A DNA stretch of 64,000 bases from NCBI GenBank assembly GCA_002633005.1, contig NMRA01000242.1, positions 124,001 through 188,000 on the forward strand. The letters run 5' to 3'. The stretch comes from Phoronis australis. Lineage: Eukaryota; Animalia; Phoronida. The translations under genes were made by a program, and so were the position numbers. A model generated the notes under the pieces. It was not told where the DNA came from. It did not search any database and saw only the letters and a list, made by a program, of their open reading frames with translations. This document shows positions 55,188 to 64,000 of the stretch, in pieces (position 1 is the stretch's first letter; every line of letters begins with the position of its first letter).

Positions 55188-56606
55188 TTAACATGCAATC
55201 TTGTTTGACTCCATTCTTGTATTCAAAAGGTTGCAGTATTTATTTATTTAGCATGTACAGTTGAATACCTATTGTGTATAATTCTCAGAAGTGGTTCAAG
55301 CAGACCTGTTGATGTTAGTATATGCAACAAGTTTATTTTTATCAGGCACAATGCCTTGCCAGCAGTTAACATTATTGTTTGATTTGCGCCCCACAGTGTG
55401 CATCGCACAATGTGGAGATGCATGGGTGATTAATATTTCAAACATTCCCACTACAAATGGAGCAATGACTAACTGAATGACGGAATTGAATGGACATTTT
55501 GCAATCAAAGATCCATAACACGGAGTACACAAAACAACATTCAAATAAAATACATTGCGCCCAAGGCAACAGACAAACATTGAAGTAAACAACAGCAATG
55601 TTCTGTGCCCGTTCACATGAACAGGCCCAAATAGGGACTCAGTTAAGTTCGTTTTATCTACTGCGTATTTGTGTGCTTGTGAAAACTTTAATTTCTTTTC
55701 TTATGCTATTTGACTCTCGTTATTTAATAATTTCTGTTGCCTTTAATTCAAGTTATATGGGAATTTTGCTCTGAATTCTCAATATAACTGAATATAAAAA
55801 AATGGATCTTTTCACGCAGCACCCCTGACTTGAGGACTACATGCCTTATCATATTCAGTACAAGGGATGGATCATGTTTTAGCTTTTATTATGAAAAANC
55901 TTGGGGCTGCCGATATTAATAATTATTGGCAAAGATTAATCATATTTATCGCTCAGTACGCCATAGGAAGGACTGTTAGTGTTAAGCTCATCGGCTAAGA
56001 CGTTCAACACAATCTGCTTCAAAGTCGCCATACTGGATCGCACAGTGAGCACTCACAGCTGTTCAGGAGCTGTTCCTTGTGTTCGCGAGTACACGCTAGC
56101 GGGCGCTCACTCTGTTGAACACGCTTCAGGTGACCACAACTTTAATCACAGACTACAGCACATGGACGTCAACTCCATCTGTGATCTTACAGAAGCAATG
56201 ACATCATATTCACAAGCGACACCTGGCCAAATTATCTGGTGTTATTTCCCGCAAGTACGTCGTGAGCTAAGCATGGTCGGCTGTTGTGTCGTCACAATAC
56301 ACTAACCGGATACCGGGACAGATCATTTAGGAGAGTGGCGCCTCCTCTCCGATATTGTGCAAGAAAACGTTGGAGTTGTGAATCTGTTGTCTATAATCTA
56401 TGCTTTAATGTCATACTGAGAACTGCAAGAAACACTTCATTTCGCACCCATCAGAAATACACATAGGTTAGCGGAGTTGTTCTTCATATGTCAAACACAC
56501 CCAAGACCAAGACAAAGGGTTCCAGCATTAATGTCAGTATGGGGACATCACTGACCATCATTAAAAACCAATCAGACTGAGTGAGCAACTCTTGATCTCT
56601 CACTTA

Positions 56607-57028
56607 AGTCCCGTTTAGACATCGACATTTGGCCCCGGAGCAACTGACACGGAGCAAATTGACACGTGTCAAGCGGCCGTTTACACACACAACTCACTAA
56701 CCGTGGCAAGACAGAAATTAAAGGCTGGAGAAACTGGATTGCACATGCTCAGGTTATCAAATGACGAGAGTTGCGGAGACAAAGAACCCGTACGTAGGTC
56801 ATTGCACAAGCGCAGTAGAGATGATCCTTTCCGCCTTGCTCCAGTTTCGGGTTTAGACTTATAATTGACACGGCACAAGATGTTCGGGCGCAAATTGCTC
56901 TACCTCACAAACGGGTGGCAAAAATTTGTCACCGCGGTGTCAATTTGCTCCGTGTCAGTCCGTTTACACTGGAACAACTCGTTCCGTGTCAGCTGATCTG
57001 TGTCAACTTTGTAAGTGTAAACGGCACT
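56607..57028. mobile_element. Harbinger-like MITE with subterminal tgacacggagcaa repeats
   Basis: agtcccgtttagac ... gtgtaaacggcact ends, in T/A-rich (TTA/TAA) flanks; inner inverted motif ctgacacggagcaaattgacac / gtgtcaatttgctccgtgtcag. Confidence 0.6.
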
Positions 57029-58584
57029 TAAGCATGCTTATTTTCACACAACAATATGCGAGTGCACATACCAAATGTACAGTATTTACCACAAGGTGGC
57101 GGCACAGTGCATCATATGATGGGGCACTTGTTGGTCAATCACACCTAATTAGTTCAGCTCAACCAAATATGGTTCTATCCACACATCTCATAATCAGAAC
57201 ATTCTAAGTGGTTATTGTCTGGCTACAACAATTTTAGCTGCAGGGGAATTGAGTTTTACAGATGTTGTTACATAAGGAACAGCTTGCCATGCTTGATGAC
57301 ATCCAATGTCCTACATTGGAGCACAACATCCCTTCAGTTTTTTGCCAAACTATTTATTTTGAGTGCACGTTCGAAAGTCATTCATGGGAGTCCTGAGTTC
57401 ACCTTTTTACCCACCCACAACTAATTCCAAGAAAATCACTGCTCTCAGCAGTGTCTGAAGGGACAATATGGCAATGACCAGGTTGGAGAGATTTCCCCTC
57501 TACCGAAACAATTCTCCTCTCCCGAAACAATTCCCCTCTCAGGGGGCACAAGCAACTCTCACCTCAAGTGAGTAGCATGTGGCTTGTACTCTAATGTGAC
57601 TCAGTTTGCGTGATAGCTGATGTTAGTCACAGTATGTATGTACACTTGGGCTTCACTGCACTGACCCACTCAGATCTATGGGTTGTAGACAATATGTTTC
57701 TAAACTCAGAAAATATCAAATGCACCCAAACAACTTTTCAACATTGTGTCACTCTATCGTACACCTACAAATGAGCCAAAACCTCATGGCTGTGGCTAGA
57801 TTACACATATGCACCTGTATGCAGGTATTTTTCGTCATGCTGCATACTATGCTAATCAATAACAATACCAGGTCAGATCTGTTATTAGGGTCAATCCTAT
57901 GCTACTGTGTAATCAATGACATATACAGAGACAGTGAGCCAGGATAGGCAGGTCACAGTTAACAACAATGTAAAATAGATGCCATTCAATGGATATCAAT
58001 GCTTGCATTAAAAGACCAATAGGAGGAGTGTTTGACATGGCTATTCAGTGAAGACCCACAGTAGAAAGGCATAGTACCTAAACCCTGCCATGTTAAGGTT
58101 ATCCCCTATTTAGTGACCTCCATTCTAACACCCATTTCAAAAAATATGCTTTGTCCACTAGTAAAAGTACATATTTTCTGAAACAAAAAGATCAGGGAAT
58201 ATAAAACTGTTTTGCATTGATGTACCATTATTATTATTATTATTATTACGTCAACATTTTTTAAGTCAAATTTTCATTTATAAGAAAGGTACAGTCATAA
58301 CAAAATAACCCCTCAGTCGATTTTTATGAAACTACTTTAAATGAAAACTTCACCAAGTTATGCTGTTAGGAATTTTAGATTAGTCCTTTCCTTTGGTTTC
58401 TATGATAACATATTTTTGGAAAAAATAGAAGTCGTATTTGTCTTTGTTACATTACGCAAAAACTAGGCATTTATATTGAAAATCCCAACAGCGTTTTTGA
58501 GATTGATGACTACATATTAAGTTTGGATATTTTCAGCGAAATCCAGAGCCGTTTTCGAGAACTTGTGTTCCTAAGTTCAAATTA

Positions 58585-59670
58585 CCGTATTCGCCCTAAT
58601 AAGTGCCCATGCCCCTATAAGCGGCCCCCTACGTGTTTTCAGACTTTGCTAAAATAAGCGCCCAGCCCATGAATGTGTATACATGCGAAAAATGCCTTAC
58701 CTACAGTTCTAAAATTGTACAGTAACATCTTCAATTTATCAATAATATTCAACAGTCCTGACAAAATCATTGTGCACGGAATTTGTAGACCACAAGCCTC
58801 GCCGCTAGGTCGGTATTTAGCCATGACTATACAATTCAAACTTCCACAGTGCTTCAAAAAGAACGCAAAAGTTTTGCTGATCTTGCGAGGAACGTGTCCC
58901 ATTGTGGTCAGGCCTTTCAGAACAGTCGCAGTGTACTTGTCAACAGGATTGTATTGTATCTTTCCCATACAGATCTTCTCAACAGGAAACCAGATTTCTG
59001 TGTACACATGAAAACCACGAATAATGACTAATAAGAAAACTTGACATATGTAAAAGCACGTGGCCAGGAAGCAAGCGCTTCATACACGTAGGCCTGCTAC
59101 TCTGGCAAATAAACTCTGATGACATGCACGTGCTTGCTCACTCGGCACACAGACAAACTTCAAAACAAATGTCACGTGACAACAACATGTGTGTTCATCC
59201 AGATTTTTCTTGAGTTGCGGGGTGCGATCTAGTGGAGATTTGGACTTAATCTGCAGTTAATCTCGACTCCACAGGAACTTAAAAATCTTAGGAACGCTAT
59301 TTAGAAAACTTAAGGAGGATTTCAGGTAATTTGTCGAGTCGAAACTGTATTTTTATTCAAGAATTCAAGTTGCCCTATCGACATTCGAGAGGCAGTGACC
59401 CATCAGTCGGCGAGGTTTCACCCTGGGATGTCTGCACAATTTTCTGAAGAAGGATCGTAATTTAACAACGAAGTTTGATAGCAATGCACCACAATTTTGT
59501 GGAAAGTCTGTCATAGGTTACAGATACATTGCAGAGCGTAAATTTGATGAATCCTAGTTTCCGATTTCACCCGTTTCGGAGAACGGGTTTCAACCGCCTT
59601 AAGGTACAAGCGCCCCCCTCCTGAAACCAATTTTTCCAAGCACCCTGGGCGCTTACTAGGGTGAATACAG
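58585..59670. mobile_element. TA-flanked TIR element (CCGTA-type ends, Tc1/mariner-pogo-like) nested in the Kolobok-like copy
   Basis: ta|ccgtattcgccctaataagtgccc ... gggcgcttactagggtgaatacag|ta. Removing it restores the host sequence aaat-ta-agtcg. Confidence 0.75.
58639..59019 (-). pseudogene. HIRAN-like domain ORF fragment carried inside the TA-flanked element
   Basis: RGFHVYTEIW...NPVDKYTATV...MGHVPRKISK..AFFLKHCGSLNC..GLQIPC matches the recalled RGYHVY/NxxDxxAVxV/GHVPR/GLEIPC pattern of HIRAN-like proteins. Several consensus positions look degenerate. Confidence 0.6.
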
Positions 59671-61168
59671 TAAGTCGATATGCTGAAGCTGAGAAAAAGC
59701 TGATTAAACTGGGACGAGTGAAAGTCTCAAAGTCTTCATTTAATTATTCGGCTACAACTTGTTTTCGGTCAATATAACCTATATGCCTTAACTAGGTTAG
59801 CTATTTCAACATTCACTCGCTATGTCAACTGAATTTTCAGTGCGTAATTAACTTAATTATCGTTAAAACGTACCATCCCCAGCCAAGAGGTAGCATCAAC
59901 TGTTACTGTTGTTTGACCTATTTAAAATAGGTCACAGTTCATTGTTATACATATCACGTGTAAGAAATTTAGTCGGTTGTTAAAGCACGTCGTTAACACG
60001 AGATTGAAACAGCGAAATGTAAAATTACTTATTGAGTTAAGGAATTTGGGTGAGAGTTCACCTCTTTTCACCACTTGCTGTGTTTGTGACCACAGAGGCA
60101 GGAGGCAACTCGTAGCATACCTTCTCAATGATCGTATGCATGTAGATGCACAATTCCCTCAGGATAAAATTACATTGCCTTCGTTTTCCCGGCATCGTTA
60201 CATCATATGTACACCTCGTAGAATCAATATTATGGGGACTCGGTAAATGAAAGACTGAGGGTACATACGAAGCTGCTCTATACCTGGCTGGAGATTAAAT
60301 TTGAGTGACTGCCCTATAACCTTTGACCTCGGCTAAGTCGTAAACAAATATCCACATGGTTGTGTGGTTCCAAGGTGGTTCTGCTAAATCTTTTTTTCTT
60401 GCTACACCGTATGCATTTTATATTTGAAGTTCTCCGAGAATGAAGATGAGGTATTTTGCTAGACACATGTGAAATACTGCAAAAATGGCCAATTCTTAAG
60501 GAGAATCTCTTAAAAAGCCAATATTCACACAATTCGCCCAAAGGGAAGAGTTTCTCCAACATATATTCAATCATACAGTAGCTCTGAGCCGTGTAATAAC
60601 ACCCTCCAATCAACAACATGTTATAAGACCTTATCAAACTGCAAGCCTTTTTGAACAATTTGGTGGTATCCCAGAAAAAATCAGAAAATTGTTGACCTTT
60701 CCCCTAGAGAAAAAACAGAAAATTGTTGACTGTTCCCACCTATTTACAAGACCGTGCATCAGTTCATGAATGATTTGTGAATGACGACCATGTTGTCCTA
60801 GGAATAAAACCCAACAAATTTCATTAATATCCTGAACCATGTTTGTAAAATCTCTGCTTTTCCTCTTTTATACTAATGTTGAAATAAGAAAATTTCAGCC
60901 AATGTAACTCAAGTGGTAGTATATTCCCACCAAGCTAGATTGCAATGCTTGAACATGAATGGAGTATGTGACAGTTTTTCTGTTTGTACAAACTGGCCAA
61001 AACCTTGCAACAGACTGCTCAACTCCGTCTTCCTGGTATCAACTTTATCAGCAACCTAACTGGCTAACACCCTATACAAACAGCAAACACTGAGGCAATG
61101 AAAGAGACCAGCATACTAAGGATAACTTGTGCCAACCATATCCCCATACTTTGCAAACTACTGTGCAA

Positions 61169-61692
61169 GTAACTAGCCCATTCACTCATAACGCCTGAGC
61201 TACACACAAATAACTAGCCCACTCACTCAACGCTCCTGAGCTACACACAAATAACTAGCCCACTCACTCAACGCTCCTGAGCTATACACAAATAACTAGC
61301 CCACTCACTCAACACTCCTGAGCTACACACAAATAGCTAGCCCACTCACTCAACGCTCCTGAGCTACACACAAATAACTAGCCCACTCACTCAACACTCC
61401 TGAGCTATACACAAATAACTAGCCCACTCACTCAACACTCCTGAGCTACACACAAATAACTAGCCCACTCACTCAACCCTCCTGAGCTATACACAAATAA
61501 CTAGCCCACTCACCAACACTCCTGAGCTACACACAAATAACTAGCCCACTCACTCCACACTCATGAGCTACACACAAATAACTAGCCCACTCACTCCACA
61601 CTCCTGAGCTACACACAAATAACTAGCCCAGTCACTCAACACTCCTGAGCTACACACAAATAACGAGCCCACTCAAACAACTCCTGAGCTAC
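61169..61692. repeat. 41-bp minisatellite, about 12 copies
   Basis: (ctacacacaaataactagcccactcactcaac[a/g]ctcctgag)n. Confidence 0.92.
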
Positions 61693-62269
61693 ATTAAGGC
61701 AAGATCTGTTTTACTTCAATCACAGCACAAAATCAAAGTAAAAATGTTACTTGTAAAAATAAGGAAGCCTTCCCATTCCAGAGACTGTACTTGCTATCAT
61801 ATTTAGAACTCAAAGACAAAGTAATCTAAATTCTAAAACCACTATTCCTGAACCAGAATAAGTGGGCACCTAAACATTTTCAACCCCACTAGAAGTCCTT
61901 GAATGGATTCGGTTCATTAAATCACATCAAATCTCACCTAACAATACCTGTACATCTAGAAAAACTGAAAAATGGATGTCAAAATATGTGCGAGACGCTA
62001 CCTTTCCAACTTGGGGTGGGTGTTATAGCAATAAGCACTTAGTAGTTGACCAGCAGTCTCACAAGGCAGATTGGGTGGAAAAGCAAATCATTCCTTCAAA
62101 GTCTTAAGTAATATCGCCATGAAAAAGTGAACAGATGGCTTTTGTATCATGAACATTTCCATTTTGAGTACCATCACAATATTCATCTGGGTTCAAAACC
62201 AGTGAGTAGAAATTGAAAACCAATCACATTAAGCCATGTGTGGGAACTTTAAACTTCGAAACAAGTTGA

Positions 62270-63090
62270 ATTCGGAATGGGCGTTACTCCGAAATATCAA
62301 TCTCGTGTCAATGACCAAGAAGATACATAATACCTAAGTCAGTTATGTCACACGCAAGAATTACCGCAAAATTGTGAGTTAAAGCTCTGGGCGCTGAAAT
62401 TGGGAAAGCCTAAGACAAGGGGGTGGGCGATTACCCAAGCAGTCGGTGCTTAACCCGAAAATTGGCATAAGTCTCGGGTGGACAACAACCTAAGCAGTGG
62501 CCACTTATGTCCAAATTTTAGCCGAGCTGGCAAGCACGTGGGGCACAGAACTTGTAAGTTCAGTTAATCAGCAGAACCTGACAACCACATAGTTTCTCAC
62601 GGTTCTAACAGAAACAAGAATACGACTTCGAACGAGTGATTTTACGAGCCCGTTGCTAAAAACTCAAATGTATGTATGTGTAGCAAAATGTCATAACGTG
62701 GAACTTTATGAATCTCCAATGGCACTCCACTTACCATATCAGCAAGTGTTGTTTCAGATCAGTGAATGTGACTACATTTCGTACCCTCGATTAAAACACA
62801 GAAAACTCGTTCCCGGCCAAAAACCCACTTTTCGAGACTATTATACATAAGCCCGGTTTCCCCCAAACACGGAAATCCGAGCCTGAGGCAAAGCTGCGAA
62901 GAAAAGCACAAGTTCAAGCTCAAATTCTGTTAGTGGTAAGTTGGGGATGGGTGATTACCCAAAAAGCTGAAACTTAAACAAAGTGGGGGATGGGCGATTA
63001 ACCGAACAGCGGACGCTTACATCGAAATTTAGCAAAAGTCAGAGGTGGGCGATTACCCGGGCATGGGCGTTTACTCCCGAGTTTATGGTA
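62270..63090. mobile_element. End fragment of a CCGTA/TACGG-type element with subterminal gggcgattacc repeats; a similar end lies at 49392-49506
   Basis: Repeated gggcg(a/t)ttac motifs ending gagtttatgg|ta; the 49.4-kb fragment ends gattacgg|ta. Confidence 0.45.
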
Positions 63091-64000
63091 TTTCTAAAAA
63101 CGATGTGTTACTTGAGAGTTCAAGGCATTTTTGGGATAGAACTTTGAAGTGGTAAAACAAACCTTCCTTCATAACACTGCATATCACAACCATGAATCCA
63201 ATTTTCCAAAAATGAGAATGAGAACAATAATGAGTTTGTTAGCTCCACAGACATGAGTGTCACTTAGGAATGTACCGAGCACCAGTTTGTCAAGTCCACC
63301 AACTGCAAGTTTCTTGTACAAACTTGTGCCATATCAACACTTTTCTGATGTCGTAGGTAAGTGAAGAGCCACAGCATGGTCAAATATTGAGTTGTCACAA
63401 CCACAACAAACACAACACCTTACTACTGCCATAAACCACAGGAAAAATGACTAGCAATATCTGATGACTTCACACAAAACACAATGGAGGATGACCAATG
63501 CTGTCATTGGTTGTCCTGATTCTACGTAACATGTATCAACCAATAAATACTCGGAACTCCAGACCAGCTAATGAACACATCGTCAGATAGTGTTTGTGAG
63601 CGTTCTAATTTGACAACTGATTGACTGCTGGGGTTGTTCTTTGGTGTTTTTGAAAAAAGCCTCAGATGTATTTTTGGTGTTTTTGACAAACCCTCAGCTG
63701 TATAAATTAAGGGTGGGCACCTAACAGGGGTTTTCAAATAAACAAGTAAAATTGTCTTCTTGTTTACTGTTGTTGAACATTTTAATAAAATAAAACTTAA
63801 GTGTTCAGTCACATTGTGTTGAAGAAACTTTACTGCATTTTACTGCATCAAATAACACCACAGGCATGGATCACAGGACACCAAGTGCTCTATACTGAGC
63901 AAAGCAGTTCATTGCACATAAATCAGGCCAAGTTTCACAATGACTCAAAACATTGAGGTTAGTGTTGATGAGGTATCCACTCAGGGCTTCATAAATATGC

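Larger units (their letters stand above)
58097..60495. mobile_element. Diverged inverted copy of the 27756-29131 element, interrupted by a nested insertion
   Basis: TTAA|ggttatcccctatttagtgacctccattctaac matches the reverse complement of the 29131 end. Homology resumes after 59672 and runs to aaaaatggccaatt near 60495. Confidence 0.75.

Overview
Eukaryotic (marine-invertebrate-like, AT-rich, intron- and repeat-rich) draft-assembly window with two convergent multi-exon genes. On + is an XRRA1 orthologue (LRR protein; 12 coding exons traced from 1304 to 13165, first coding exon not located). On - is a GCK-III STE20-family kinase (STK24/25/26-like; exons traced from 45410 down to about 17218, first exon not located). 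The main observation is in the kinase gene. The exon encoding kinase subdomains IX-XI is present as two old, intact, frame-compatible paralogous copies (38234-38422 and 37723-37908), which look like a mutually exclusive pair. The 325-nt intron between them can fold into a nested long stem-loop that could enforce exclusivity. The kinase linker is also built from a run of phase-0 candidate cassette exons, including one of 1071 nt. A second apparent exon duplication (43.2-44.5 kb) is most likely an assembly artefact. The rest is TTAA-flanked Kolobok-like elements, Harbinger-like MITEs, a TA-flanked element carrying a HIRAN-like ORF, HINE-like repeats and minisatellites. All gene models were read by eye from splice signals, frame continuity and recalled homology; no database search or folding computation was run.
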